Shown: positions 38,416 to 48,902 of the stretch, piece after piece | Numbering within the stretch: position 1 is the stretch's first letter | Layout of the letters: every line of letters starts with the position of its first letter | Program-made: the position numbers and the translations under genes | Origin: an uncultured Gammaproteobacteria bacterium | Lineage (GTDB): Bacteria; Patescibacteriota; Microgenomatia; Levybacterales; UBA12049 | Direction: 5' to 3' | Assembly: GCA_964637955.1 (NCBI GenBank) | Contig: CAZWXQ010000003.1 | Coordinates: 159,154 to 223,153 of the forward strand | DNA length: 64,000 nt | Notes under the pieces: model-generated | The model's database searches: none | Told to the model about the DNA's origin: nothing | What the model saw: the letters and a program-made list of their open reading frames with translations, nothing else

Positions 38416-41265
38416 ATGTTTAAGCCTGTAGATCCAAGTGTTAATTTTCCAAAGATGGAAGAGGAAATTCTTTCTGACTGGAAAAAGAACAAAATATTTG
38501 AAAAAACCCTAGATAAGGATTCACCCAAAGGGGATTGGACATTTCTTGATGGTCCTCCATTTGTAACAGGGATGCCGCATTACGGACATCTATTAGGAAG
38601 TATTCATAAGGACGTTTTTGGTCGTTACTATACCATGAAGGGTTATCATGTAAGACGTGTTTGGGGATGGGATGGTCATGGTCTTCCAATAGAAAATAAA
38701 GTTGAAAATAAGCTTGAAATTAAAAGAAAAAGAGATATTGAAGATGTTGTCGGAGTAAAGAAATTTATTGAAGAATGTAAAAATTATGTTGATGAAATTT
38801 CTGGTGAATGGGAATGGTATGTTGATCATATCGGTCGCTGGGTAGACTTTAAGAACGCATACAAGACTTGGGATACAGACTATATGGAATCTGTTATGTG
38901 GGTTTTTAAACAAATGTATGAAAAAAACCATATTTATAAAGGTCTTAAGGTTACGATGTATTGTCCTCACTGTTCAACTCCAATTTCGAACTTTGAAGTA
39001 GCAATGGACGCAGATAATTACAAAGATTTGACAGACTCTGGAACTATATATAAATATCCGCTTGAAGGTGAAGAAAATACATTTATTTTGGCTTGGTCCA
39101 CAACACCTTGGAATAAGATCGTGACTCCTGCTTTAGCAGTGAATCCGAAGCTATTTTATATTAGAGTCAAGCAAAAAGATGAAGAATATATTTTGGCAAA
39201 AACTACAGTAAAACTGCTTGGTGATCCAAAGAGTTTTAAGATTATTGAGGAAATTAAAGGTTCAGATTTGGTGGGTAAAAAATATGTTCCACATTATGAT
39301 TACTATAAAGACAAGGTAAAAGATGGAGAAAAGATATTTGAAATTATTCCTGGAGATTTCGTGACTGCAGAAGAAGGAACTGGCGTTGTTACTATCGCTG
39401 TTTACGGAGAGGAAGATCTAAAGGTCATGAATGAGCAAAATGTTCATAAAGAAATTCATCTTGATGAAGAGGGAAGTGTATTTGAAAATGTTCCAATTTT
39501 TGGAGGAATGTATTATCTCAAGGCAAATAAAGCGGTAAATGAAGATTTGAAAAACAGAAATCTAGTTTACAAAGATGAGGAGTTGATCCACAGTGTTCCA
39601 CTTTGCTGGAGATGTCATACAAGACTTTATTACGCACCAATTAATGCTTGGTATGTAAATATTCAAAACATAAAAGATCTTCTTAAGAAAACGAATGAAG
39701 AAGTAAATTGGTTTCCGAAGCATTTTAAGAATGGGAGATTTTTAAAAAGTCTTGAGAGTGCGCCTGACTGGAATATATCAAGAAATAGATATTGGGGTAG
39801 TCCTGTTCCCGTTTGGGAATGCGAATGTGGTGAACGGTTTGTTCCAGGTTCCATTAAAGAACTTGAGGAGAGAAGTGAGCAAAAAGTTATTAGCCTTCAT
39901 AAGCCTGACATCGATGAAATTGAAATCAATTGTAGTAATTGCAATAAAAAAGTAAAAAGAGTTTCTGAAGTTTTAGACAGTTGGATTGAGGCAGGAAGTG
40001 CAAGCTTTGCAGAAAGACATTTTCCATTTGATGAAAAAGAAAAACTTGAAGATTTTAATCCACCAGATTTTATCGCTGAATATACAGGGCAAATTCGGGC
40101 ATGGTTTTATGTCTTGCATGTTATAGGTGGCGCACTTTATTCCTCAAAAGCTTTTAAAAATGTTGCGGTTGAAGGTGTAATTCTTGGAACAGACGGAAGA
40201 AAAATGAGTAAAAACCTTGGAAATTATCCAGATCCCAAAGATCTTCTTGGTAAATATGGTGGAGATGCTCTAAGACTTTATTTAATGAGTAGCCCAATCA
40301 TGAATGGTGAAGACATGATTATTTCTGAAGAACAGTACCGCCAGCAGGTGAAGGGAATGATGCTAATTCTTTGGAACACTTATAATTTTTTTGTAAGTTA
40401 TGCGAATATTGACAACTGGAGCAGGGAAAATAGAACTGAAAATTCAGAAAACATTTTAGACAAGTGGATTTTGTCATTATTGAATAAGCTAGTCGATGGT
40501 GTTACTAAAGATTTGGATAATTATGACACTGTAAACGCAATTTCAAAAATAAATATTTTCATTGGTGAGTTCTCGACATGGTACATAAGAAGAAGTAGAG
40601 ACAGGGTTGGTCCGAGTGCTGAAGATGAAGAAGATAGAAGTAGCTTCTATTCAACTACCTATGATGTTTTAGTAAAGTTGTGTATCGTGATGGCGCCTAT
40701 TGCTCCTTTCCTGGTTGAAGATATGTATAAAAATTTAACAGATGAAGAATCGGTTCACTTGGCTTCTTGGCCTGAAGCTAATAAAGATTTGATTGATGAT
40801 AAATTGGAATCTCAAATGAAACAGATAAGATGGGTTGTTGAGCAGGTGCATGCAATAAGAAAAGAGAAGGGAATCAAAGTGAGGCAGCCTTTAGGGAAGC
40901 TTTTAGTAAGAGTAGACTTTGATGAAGATAATTGGAATGATTTGTCCAGGGTAATAGCAGATGAATTAAATATTAAGAATGTAAAATTTGATTGGTATGA
41001 AAATTTTGATAAAGAAAAAAAATTGGATGGACAATTGTTTGAGTTTGAATTAGACGATAAGTTAACGCCAGAGCTAATAGCTGAGGGTGAAGCAAGAGAT
41101 ATAGTTAGGAAAATTCAAGCTGAAAGAAAGATTCTAGGCACTGCTTTAGATGACAAAGTTGATGTAGATCTTCCGGATTGGCCTGCGGATTTTGAAGAAG
41201 ATATTAAGAAAAAGGCTCTTATAAATAATTTATCTCGTGGGGAGTTTAAAGTCTCAAAAATCTAA
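38416..41265 (+). CDS. ileS: isoleucine--tRNA ligase (type 2)
   Basis: DGPP, HYGH, GWDGHGLP, WSTTPW, DWNISRNRYWG, KMSKN. Confidence 0.97.
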   Translation: MFKPVDPSVNFPKMEEEILSDWKKNKIFEKTLDKDSPKGDWTFLDGPPFVTGMPHYGHLLGSIHKDVFGRYYTMKGYHVRRVWGWDGHGLPIENKVENKLEIKRKRDIEDVVGVKKFIEECKNYVDEISGEWEWYVDHIGRWVDFKNAYKTWDTDYMESVMWVFKQMYEKNHIYKGLKVTMYCPHCSTPISNFEVAMDADNYKDLTDSGTIYKYPLEGEENTFILAWSTTPWNKIVTPALAVNPKLFYIRVKQKDEEYILAKTTVKLLGDPKSFKIIEEIKGSDLVGKKYVPHYDYYKDKVKDGEKIFEIIPGDFVTAEEGTGVVTIAVYGEEDLKVMNEQNVHKEIHLDEEGSVFENVPIFGGMYYLKANKAVNEDLKNRNLVYKDEELIHSVPLCWRCHTRLYYAPINAWYVNIQNIKDLLKKTNEEVNWFPKHFKNGRFLKSLESAPDWNISRNRYWGSPVPVWECECGERFVPGSIKELEERSEQKVISLHKPDIDEIEINCSNCNKKVKRVSEVLDSWIEAGSASFAERHFPFDEKEKLEDFNPPDFIAEYTGQIRAWFYVLHVIGGALYSSKAFKNVAVEGVILGTDGRKMSKNLGNYPDPKDLLGKYGGDALRLYLMSSPIMNGEDMIISEEQYRQQVKGMMLILWNTYNFFVSYANIDNWSRENRTENSENILDKWILSLLNKLVDGVTKDLDNYDTVNAISKINIFIGEFSTWYIRRSRDRVGPSAEDEEDRSSFYSTTYDVLVKLCIVMAPIAPFLVEDMYKNLTDEESVHLASWPEANKDLIDDKLESQMKQIRWVVEQVHAIRKEKGIKVRQPLGKLLVRVDFDEDNWNDLSRVIADELNIKNVKFDWYENFDKEKKLDGQLFEFELDDKLTPELIAEGEARDIVRKIQAERKILGTALDDKVDVDLPDWPADFEEDIKKKALINNLSRGEFKVSKI

Positions 41266-42347
41266 TGAAGAAATGGTTTAACTTTTCTGGAGTCGACTGG
41301 TTACTCATGATTCCAGTTTTTATACTTCTAGTTTTCAGTCTTGCTACATTGTTTTCTATAGATCGCGATATATTCAAGGCCCAACTGGTTTTTACTTTCG
41401 CTTCTTTTGGAATATTTTTGTTTTTAACTCAGTTGAATCCATCAGTGCTCAGATTTTATTCGATTCCTATATATGTATCTTCAATAATTATTTTAGGTGT
41501 CGTACTTTTTCTGGGAATAGAAAGTCGAGGATCTGTTCGTTGGGTAGAAATTCTTGGAGTCAGGATTCAGTTTTCAGAAATATTAAAACCATTCTTAGCT
41601 CTTGCCCTAGCAAGTTACCTGACAAATTTAAGATCTTTTTCTTTTAAAGCTTTCATTTCTGTTTTTATTTTAATTTCACCAATTTTTATGCTGATATTTT
41701 TTCAACCTGATCTCGGTAATGCTTTGATTTATCTTATGGTTTGTACTATGACGCTTGTTATTTATGGATTTCCATATAGATGGTTTTTGATTGGATTTGT
41801 ATTGTGGTTAGTAAGTCTTCCATTTTTCTGGTTATTTTTGCATGATTATCAAAGGCAAAGAGTGTTAACTTTCATAGATCCGAGTCGCGATCCTTTAGGG
41901 ACCTCCTACAATGCCATTCAAGCGGTCATAGCTGTTGGGTCAGGTATGATAATAGGTAAAGGATTGGGTCTTGGTACTCAGTCCGGGCTTAGGTTTTTAC
42001 CCGAACAGCACACAGATTTTATTTATGCCACTATTTCAGAGGAATTAGGTTTCGTAGGTGCCGTAATAATTATTTTGTGTTTCACTTTTATTTTTTTCAG
42101 GCTTTACCAAATCATAAAGAACAGTGAAGATAAATTTTCTAAGATATTTTCTATTATCGTTTTTTTAATCATATTTATACATTTTGCAATAAACATCGGA
42201 ATGAATTTGGCAGTGGTGCCAATCGTGGGTGTTACTCTACCTTTTGTTTCTTACGGAGGAAGCTCTCTTCTTTCCAACTTTATTCTGCTTGGTCTGCTTT
42301 TTGCAGTAAATAAGAAGAGTAGAACTCAAGTATTGGAAATAGGTTAG
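41265..42347 (+). CDS. rodA: SEDS protein RodA
   Basis: LHDYQRQRV, DPLGTSYN, FLPEQHTDF, LPFVSYGGSS. Confidence 0.88.
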   Translation: MKKWFNFSGVDWLLMIPVFILLVFSLATLFSIDRDIFKAQLVFTFASFGIFLFLTQLNPSVLRFYSIPIYVSSIIILGVVLFLGIESRGSVRWVEILGVRIQFSEILKPFLALALASYLTNLRSFSFKAFISVFILISPIFMLIFFQPDLGNALIYLMVCTMTLVIYGFPYRWFLIGFVLWLVSLPFFWLFLHDYQRQRVLTFIDPSRDPLGTSYNAIQAVIAVGSGMIIGKGLGLGTQSGLRFLPEQHTDFIYATISEELGFVGAVIIILCFTFIFFRLYQIIKNSEDKFSKIFSIIVFLIIFIHFAINIGMNLAVVPIVGVTLPFVSYGGSSLLSNFILLGLLFAVNKKSRTQVLEIG

Positions 42348-42369
42348 TTTTTTGGTATAATTTATAGCT

Positions 42370-42741
42370 ATGCAATACGCAGTAATTAAAACTGGTGGAA
42401 AACAGTATAAAGTAAGCGCAGGAGATACGCTTACCGTAGATAAATTGAGCCTAGATGGCAAAAATTCCGTTACCTTTGACGAAGTTTTGTTAGTAGTTGA
42501 TGAGAATAAAGCAAGTGTTGGGAATCCAATTGTAAAAGATGCGACAGTAGATGCAACATTAGTTGAAAACAAAAGAGGAGAGAAGATTCATGTCAGAAGA
42601 TTTAAGGCAAAATCTAGATACAGAAGAACAACTGGATTTAGAGCTGAACAGTCAGTCTTTAAAATAGACAAGATCAATTTTGATAGTAAAAAGAGTTCGA
42701 AGTCACTTGAAGATAAGACAGACTCAAAAAAAGATAAATAA
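42370..42741 (+). CDS. rplU: 50S ribosomal protein L21
   Basis: YAVIKTGGKQYKV, RFKAKSRYRRTTG; TTGGAA-17-TATAAT 8 nt upstream. Confidence 0.97.
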   Translation: MQYAVIKTGGKQYKVSAGDTLTVDKLSLDGKNSVTFDEVLLVVDENKASVGNPIVKDATVDATLVENKRGEKIHVRRFKAKSRYRRTTGFRAEQSVFKIDKINFDSKKSSKSLEDKTDSKKDK

Positions 42742-42760
42742 ATTGACATAGTTTGACTTA

Positions 42761-42807
42761 TTGACGTTTGTGAAAACTAGCGTTAAAATAAAGTCACTTT
42801 TCACAAA
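42761..42807 (+). promoter_or_regulatory. rpmA-parB promoter with 10-bp inverted repeat
   Basis: TTGACG-17 bp-TAAAAT; TTTGTGAAAA (42767-42776) and TTTTCACAAA (42798-42807). Confidence 0.55.
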
Positions 42808-42810
42808 GAT

Positions 42811-43062
42811 ATGGCACATACAAAAGCACAAGGATCAGTTAAGGGAAATAGAGACTCAGTAGCAAAGCGCTTAGGCGTTAAGAAATTTGGTGGAGAAAAA
42901 GTAATCTCTGGAAATATTATTGTAAGACAAAAAGGAACTAAATTTCATCCAGGAACAAATGTAAATATGGGTAAAGACTATACTTTATTTGCTGTAGCAA
43001 CTGGCACAGTAAATTTTAAACTTAAAAACGGAAAAAAGATTGTAGAAGTAGTTAGCTTATAA
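42811..43062 (+). CDS. rpmA: 50S ribosomal protein L27
   Basis: [28 protein letters not shown]. Confidence 0.98.
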   Translation: MAHTKAQGSVKGNRDSVAKRLGVKKFGGEKVISGNIIVRQKGTKFHPGTNVNMGKDYTLFAVATGTVNFKLKNGKKIVEVVSL

Positions 43063-43880
43063 TGGACGAAAAAAAGCAGGATCAACTAACAGAAATTGAA
43101 GTAAACATGCTTCAGTCAAATCCTCTCCAGCCTCGAGGAATAATCTCACCGGAATCAATTACAGAACTTGCAGATTCTATTCGTGAGCAAGGAATCCTAG
43201 AGCCTATCGTGGTTGCAAGTACTCCAGCAGGATACCAAATAATTGCAGGAGAAAGACGTTGGAGAGCAGCAAAGCTCGTCGGATTAAAAATGGTTCCTGT
43301 AGTTATAAAGCAAACATCTCCTCAGCAGATGCTTGAAATGGCTATAGTTGAAAACGTCCAAAGAGAAGATCTTAATCCTATTGAGCGTGCACAAGCTTAT
43401 AAAAGACTTATTGATGAGTTTGGATTAGGAACAAATGAAGTTGCAAGAAAAGTTGGAAAGAGTGCTCCTACAGTTTCAAATACGATAAGACTTCTTTCTC
43501 TTCCAGATGCTATTAAAGATGCACTTGTAGCGGGAGTGATTACTGAAGGACACGTTAGACCTCTTATTTCAGTAGGTGATCAAAAGCTTATGCTTGAACT
43601 TTTCAAGAAAATCCTTAAAGAAAACAGTACGGTTCGCGAAACAGAAGATATGGCACGTCAAGTAAAAGGGGAAGTAGAGCAAAGAGCACCTAAGAAAACA
43701 GATAAATTATGGGTACCAGAGCTGGACGAAATGGCAAAAAGCGTAAAAGATAAAATGGGCGTTGATAAAGTGACTATTTTTCAATCAAGATCAAAGGCAA
43801 GAATTGTAATTGAGCAAAGTGGAGATGTTGAAATTACCGGACCAAAAGTGCAACAAATAGTTGCTATCCTTACTTCTTAA
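43062..43880 (+). CDS. parB: ParB/Spo0J partition protein
   Basis: NPLQPR, IIAGERRWRA, ENVQREDLNPIE, HTH. Confidence 0.93.
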   Translation: MDEKKQDQLTEIEVNMLQSNPLQPRGIISPESITELADSIREQGILEPIVVASTPAGYQIIAGERRWRAAKLVGLKMVPVVIKQTSPQQMLEMAIVENVQREDLNPIERAQAYKRLIDEFGLGTNEVARKVGKSAPTVSNTIRLLSLPDAIKDALVAGVITEGHVRPLISVGDQKLMLELFKKILKENSTVRETEDMARQVKGEVEQRAPKKTDKLWVPELDEMAKSVKDKMGVDKVTIFQSRSKARIVIEQSGDVEITGPKVQQIVAILTS

Positions 43881-43889
43881 ATTTAATCT

Positions 43890-44447
43890 CTAATAAGGAT
43901 TTTTAATAAGCCCCGCAGAGTTGATAGGCCAATATATAATAAAAGAACTTCCAATTATGTTTTTCTTAGGAACAAAACCCCACTCTCTTGAGTCAGAGCT
44001 GTAAGACCGATTGTCTCCAAGTACGAAAAAATATCCTTCTGGAACTGATACTTCATCTCCTTCGCGAAGGAAGGATCCTCCGTACGTTTTAACTTCCGGC
44101 TTTAAATAGGCGCTTTCATCTAAAAGCTTACCATTTAGATAAACATTTCCCTCTCTCACAGAAACAGTATCTCCCGCAACGCCGATTACTCTTTTAATAA
44201 AATCTTTATCTGGTTCGTTTGGTGCCTTGAAAACGACGACATCACCAAGCTGTGGATTTCCTATTTTTTGACTGATGACATTTGTGATCAAATACTCACT
44301 ATCATGAAGGTTAGGGAACATAGATTCACCTTTTACCTCAAAAGGCCTAAAAAGGAACATGTAGACCACCACAAAGGCTGCTGCGGCGAGGATTAAGGTC
44401 TGTGCAATATCAAGTAGAAAAAAGTAAATCTTTTTCAAAATTTCCAT
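43890..44447 (-). CDS. lepB: signal peptidase I
   Basis: GESMFPN (Ser), FIKRVIG (Lys), GDNRSYSSDSR. Confidence 0.96.
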   Translation of the reverse strand: MEILKKIYFFLLDIAQTLILAAAAFVVVYMFLFRPFEVKGESMFPNLHDSEYLITNVISQKIGNPQLGDVVVFKAPNEPDKDFIKRVIGVAGDTVSVREGNVYLNGKLLDESAYLKPEVKTYGGSFLREGDEVSVPEGYFFVLGDNRSYSSDSREWGFVPKKNIIGSSFIIYWPINSAGLIKNPY

Positions 44448-44539
44448 AAGGTTAATTTTCCCAGATTAACTCACCTTTGTCAAAAAGATAAATTATATTG
44501 CTACTTGCAATTAGATTTAATTTGATACAAAAATAAGTT

Positions 44540-45163
44540 ATGGCTACTTCAGAGCCAATTGATAATAACAATATCGATAGACAATCTTCTGACGACAAAG
44601 ATCAAGAGAAGTCGGATCATGATTCTGGTCAAAAATCTTCCACAGTTAAATCAATTAGCAGTTACCTTACGAGTCACACTCATAATGTTGATGATCAAGA
44701 TGACCTGATTGATATTAGGGTAGGAAACCCATTAGATAAGATCACAAAATTATTAGAGGAAATTAAGAAGCAAAAGGCATTCTCATTCACTTTAAAGGGA
44801 TCATTAGGAATTGCTGGGGTTGCTTTGACTATTTCCATGTTTGGAATTTTTGGAGGTGGTAAAATAATATGCGATAAAGGTCTAACAACTGAGATTGGAG
44901 TGTTAAGATCTATTTCCTTTCAAGAAATTGAGCCTTATAATGTTCCTCTTATTTCAGAATTATTAAATAATATCGCTCCAAAAAGACATAGAAATAGATT
45001 AATCTTGATTAAGGGTAATCGTGATGTAATAGCTGTTGCACCATCTGGAAATATCCCAACAACACGTTTTATAAATAAAAATGTTTCTGTAACAGGTGGC
45101 TATAATTCATGTAAGAAAGTTTTAACTGTATCTGAGCCTTTTGGTATTGATTTTTTTGAATAA
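44540..45163 (+). CDS. hypothetical membrane protein
   Basis: 207-aa ORF, acidic disordered N-terminus, one hydrophobic segment, two Cys. Confidence 0.65.
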   Translation: MATSEPIDNNNIDRQSSDDKDQEKSDHDSGQKSSTVKSISSYLTSHTHNVDDQDDLIDIRVGNPLDKITKLLEEIKKQKAFSFTLKGSLGIAGVALTISMFGIFGGGKIICDKGLTTEIGVLRSISFQEIEPYNVPLISELLNNIAPKRHRNRLILIKGNRDVIAVAPSGNIPTTRFINKNVSVTGGYNSCKKVLTVSEPFGIDFFE

Positions 45164-45228
45164 TATAATTTATATCTTATATTTTATGTCTAATTGATCA
45201 TAAAGATTTGATATGCGATATCTTTAAT

Positions 45229-45327
45229 ATGTTTGAAATAATTAAAAAATATCATTTTGAGATTAGACTTATGGTAATTGGTTTACTGTTAATTTATTTC
45301 GGCTTCATGGAAATACTTAGTAGCTAA
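45229..45327 (+). CDS. candidate 32-aa membrane microprotein
   Basis: MFEIIKKYHFEIRLMVIGLLLIYFGFMEILSS; not in the ORF track. Confidence 0.3.
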   Translation: MFEIIKKYHFEIRLMVIGLLLIYFGFMEILSS

Positions 45328-45570
45328 ATTATCCATCTAACATTAAATACAACTTAAAAAAATAGAAGTGCATTTATATTTGATTATGAGGATACCATGA
45401 GTAATATGTCTGGGGTTTTTATTTGTTAATAGTTCTGTTTTTTTTTTCAAAAAATCTAATTAATAATAAAATAATTGGACCGGATTAAGGGGCTAACTCC
45501 ACCATTTTATATATCAATAAATGCATGTCATTGATATATAATACATGGAAGTTTATTATTAAAATCATTT

Positions 45571-46566
45571 ATGAAAATATTATTTTTATCAAGGAGGTTT
45601 TATCCAGATGTTGGCGGGGTTGAGAAGCATGTTTTAGAAATATCCAAAGTACTAATAAAACAGAAGCATCAGGTAAATTTAGTTACTCAGTCTCAAGGTA
45701 AGATTTCTAATATAGAGAATATAAATATAGTGCGAATTCCAACGACTCCAAAAGATAAATCAGAAAAGCTTCATATTTGGAAATGGTTTTGGGAAAATAA
45801 AAACCTAATTAAAGATGCTGATATTATTCATGCCCACGATGTGTTTTATTGGTATCTGCCGTTCAGATTTATATTTTTGAGTAAAAAATGTTTTGTTACC
45901 TTTCATGGATATGAAAGTTACCCAATTTCAAAAAAAGCCATATTCTTAAGGAAATTATGGGAAATACTATCAAATAAAAATATAATTGTTGGAGAATTTA
46001 TTAAAAAATGGTATCACACTAATCCTGATATTGTGATTTATGGCGGAGTAAATATTCCTAAAAAATATAGTCAATCAAAAAACAAAAAATCTGCTATATT
46101 TTTTGGAAGATTAGATTATCATACTGGAATTTTAGATTATGCAAAGACAATTGATTTAGTAAGAAATAAAATTCCAGATTTTAAATTCACAATTATCGGT
46201 GAGGGGGAGGATTCAAGAAAATTGAAGAAATATAATTTAATCGGTTTTAAAAAGGATATTAGTAAATATTTAGATGAGAATAATTTTGCATTCGTTAGTA
46301 GATATTTGTCGGTTTTAGAGGCCTTAGCGCATAAGCGACTTGTTTTTGCACTCTATGATAATCCTATTAAAGAAGATTATCTAAAAATGTCGCCTTTTTC
46401 ACATTTTATTGTTATTGAAAATTCCCCTGAAAAATTAGCTCAAAAAGTATTATATTATTTAGAAAATCCTAAAGAAGCTAATAAATTAATTAGCTCGGGA
46501 TATGAATGGGTAAATGATAAATCTTGGGAAAATGTTGTTAGTAAATACTTAAAGCTATGGAGATAA
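45571..46566 (+). CDS. GT4 glycosyltransferase
   Basis: FYPDVGGVEKH, IIHAHD, TFHG, FFGRL, LEALA. Confidence 0.9.
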   Translation: MKILFLSRRFYPDVGGVEKHVLEISKVLIKQKHQVNLVTQSQGKISNIENINIVRIPTTPKDKSEKLHIWKWFWENKNLIKDADIIHAHDVFYWYLPFRFIFLSKKCFVTFHGYESYPISKKAIFLRKLWEILSNKNIIVGEFIKKWYHTNPDIVIYGGVNIPKKYSQSKNKKSAIFFGRLDYHTGILDYAKTIDLVRNKIPDFKFTIIGEGEDSRKLKKYNLIGFKKDISKYLDENNFAFVSRYLSVLEALAHKRLVFALYDNPIKEDYLKMSPFSHFIVIENSPEKLAQKVLYYLENPKEANKLISSGYEWVNDKSWENVVSKYLKLWR

Positions 46567-47555
46567 ATAATAAAAGTAGAGAATTATGGCCAGATGTAAT
46601 TAGGATATTTGCTATTTTTGGAGTTATTGCGCTTCACACATTGGGTACTTATCCTTCTTTTTCTTCGCCATATATATTTAAAATTTTTGAAACCTCAGTA
46701 CCAATCTTCGTAATGTTAAGCGGAGCTCTGCTTTTGGGTAAAGCAGAATCATATCTCTCGTTTTTTAAAAAGCGATCTGTGAAAGTTTTAATTCCTTGGA
46801 TCGTATGGACTTTTATTTACATGATATTCCTTTATTATTTAAAAGATGAGTATGTTATATCTAATTATTTTAATGGAGGAATTGTTTACTTAAACAATTG
46901 GGCTAAATTTTTCTTTATTCAATTTTTTACAGGTTTGTGGTTTTTGCCATTAATATTTGGAATTTATTTAATCACACCTCCGCTCCGAATTTTTATTAAA
47001 TCAGCAAAAGAATTAGATATATTTTATTTATTATCTTTATGGTTTGTTTTCATTTCTTTTTTACCCTGGGTATTTTCAAGCCCTTTGTTTCCCGAATGGC
47101 TCCCTTCTTTTATTTATGCTCCTATCCAATACAGTGGATATTTTGTACTAGGTTATGTTATAGCTAAAAAAATAAAACAAAGAGAATTGATGCTTCCTCT
47201 CTGGCATATAATTCCTATCAGTGCTTTGATAGTGGTTTTGCCCATTTCAAATTTCCTTGAACCATCGACAATTTTTGCATCTATTTTACTTTTTGTTTAT
47301 TTATTTTCATTTTCTAATAATATTGATAAAAAAATTAGTCCTAAAGCAAAGAGCATAATATATAAAATTAGTAGCGCAAGTATGGGAATATATATAGTTC
47401 ATTCATTTTTTACCTATTGTGTTGCTAAATTTTTAAGTATGGATCAAATGCTTAAAAATTCTGGATTTATATATACAGTTATCATTTTTTTGATATCATT
47501 TTTGACAATATATATTCTTCAGAAAATTCCAATAGTTAAGAAAATTGTCCCATAA
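46557..47555 (+). CDS. membrane acyltransferase (Acyl_transf_3, OafA/WecH-like)
   Basis: DVIRIFAIFGVIALH, VPIFVMLSG, LWFL, SMGIYIVH. Confidence 0.9.
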   Translation: MEINNKSRELWPDVIRIFAIFGVIALHTLGTYPSFSSPYIFKIFETSVPIFVMLSGALLLGKAESYLSFFKKRSVKVLIPWIVWTFIYMIFLYYLKDEYVISNYFNGGIVYLNNWAKFFFIQFFTGLWFLPLIFGIYLITPPLRIFIKSAKELDIFYLLSLWFVFISFLPWVFSSPLFPEWLPSFIYAPIQYSGYFVLGYVIAKKIKQRELMLPLWHIIPISALIVVLPISNFLEPSTIFASILLFVYLFSFSNNIDKKISPKAKSIIYKISSASMGIYIVHSFFTYCVAKFLSMDQMLKNSGFIYTVIIFLISFLTIYILQKIPIVKKIVP

Positions 47556-47575
47556 AGTTTTAAAATATTTGAAAA

Positions 47576-48250
47576 ATGAAAAAGCAGAAAGTAATCATTT
47601 GTGGCAAAGGAGAGTTAGCGATAAAAGTTTCAGAGTGGTTCCTTTTAAGTTCAGACTATGAATTAATATGCATAATTCCAGTTATTCCTGAACCAAATTG
47701 GACTGAATCATTTGTTGAATGGGGCGTAAAAAATAAAATTAAAATAGTTGAGTCTGGGAAAATAGAAGATATTGTAGGAGTTTCAGATCATGATTGGAAA
47801 ATAGATTTAGTTGTTTCAGTATTTTTTGACAAAATTATAAAAAAAAATTTTATTGACAAGTGCAATAAGATAATTAATATTCATAATGGTCCACTGCCTC
47901 GATATAGGGGTGTTTCTCCAATAAATTGGGCGTTGAAAAATAATGAAGTAAAACATGGAGTTACAATACATGAAATAACGGAAGGAATAGATGATGGTCC
48001 TATTATTGCTCAAGTCGATTATTCAATTTATCCAGAAATAGATGAAGTTGAAGATGTTTATAAGCGTTCTTTAAAATATGCGTATTTACTGTTCACGGAA
48101 ACAATAGTTTTAATTAATAGAATTAATCCTTACAAGCAGGATGCAGCTAGATCTCTTTACTATTCTAAGAGTAAAAACAGATTGTTGGGTTCAAGAAAAG
48201 GTTTTACAAGGAAAAGCGTAGTTTTAAAAGATCATAAAAAGCTAAAATAG
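47576..48250 (+). CDS. formyltransferase, probably a sugar N-formyltransferase
   Basis: INIHNGPLPRYRG, GVTIH, GIDDGPII; no Fmt C-terminal domain; sugar cluster context. Confidence 0.88.
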   Translation: MKKQKVIICGKGELAIKVSEWFLLSSDYELICIIPVIPEPNWTESFVEWGVKNKIKIVESGKIEDIVGVSDHDWKIDLVVSVFFDKIIKKNFIDKCNKIINIHNGPLPRYRGVSPINWALKNNEVKHGVTIHEITEGIDDGPIIAQVDYSIYPEIDEVEDVYKRSLKYAYLLFTETIVLINRINPYKQDAARSLYYSKSKNRLLGSRKGFTRKSVVLKDHKKLK

Positions 48251-48902
48251 CTAACTTAAGATTTCCAGCGTATCCCGATTTTCCTGCTGGTTTTTTGTAT
48301 GAAACAGGAACAAATTCTAGCCTGTATCCTGATTTTAATGCTCTAATTAGAAGTTCTGCTTCTATAAAAACGCTGTTGGATTTAAGATTATATTTAAAAA
48401 TAATTTCTCTTCTTAATATTTTTATGCTTCCTGCATCAACGAGGTCCACATTAAAAAGTAATTTAGGTAATGAATTATACATAATCGATACAAATCTACG
48501 ATAAAAATTATATCCTAATTTTTTAGTTCTTTTGCCAATTACAATGTCTGAATTACTGCTTTTTATTTTTAATATCATCTTCTCGAGATCTCTTGTTTTC
48601 CAATCACCGTCAACGCTATAAAATATCACATATTCGAGCATAGTTTTTCTGTAGAGTGAATAAATGTTTTTAGCTATCCCGAGATTTTTTGAATTAAAAA
48701 TCAATTTAAAATGCTTTTTACCCCCAAAATTACTTGAAAGAATTTTTCTGGAGTTATCCGAGCTTTTATCATCGCCAACAATAATTTCATATTTTTTTGC
48801 GTTCCGCTTAAGAATCATTTCGCATGAATTTAGTTCTTCTAAAAGAGTTGATTCGTTATTAAATACAGGAACAATAAGGGAGATAGATTTTAGTTTAATC
48901 AT
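48204..48902 (-). CDS. GT2, DPM1/ArnC-like polyprenyl-phosphate glycosyltransferase
   Basis: VPVFNNE, DDKSSD, VDGD, DIVIGKR, EAELLIRA. Confidence 0.85.
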   Translation of the reverse strand: MIKLKSISLIVPVFNNESTLLEELNSCEMILKRNAKKYEIIVGDDKSSDNSRKILSSNFGGKKHFKLIFNSKNLGIAKNIYSLYRKTMLEYVIFYSVDGDWKTRDLEKMILKIKSSNSDIVIGKRTKKLGYNFYRRFVSIMYNSLPKLLFNVDLVDAGSIKILRREIIFKYNLKSNSVFIEAELLIRALKSGYRLEFVPVSYKKPAGKSGYAGNLKLAILAFYDLLKLRFSL

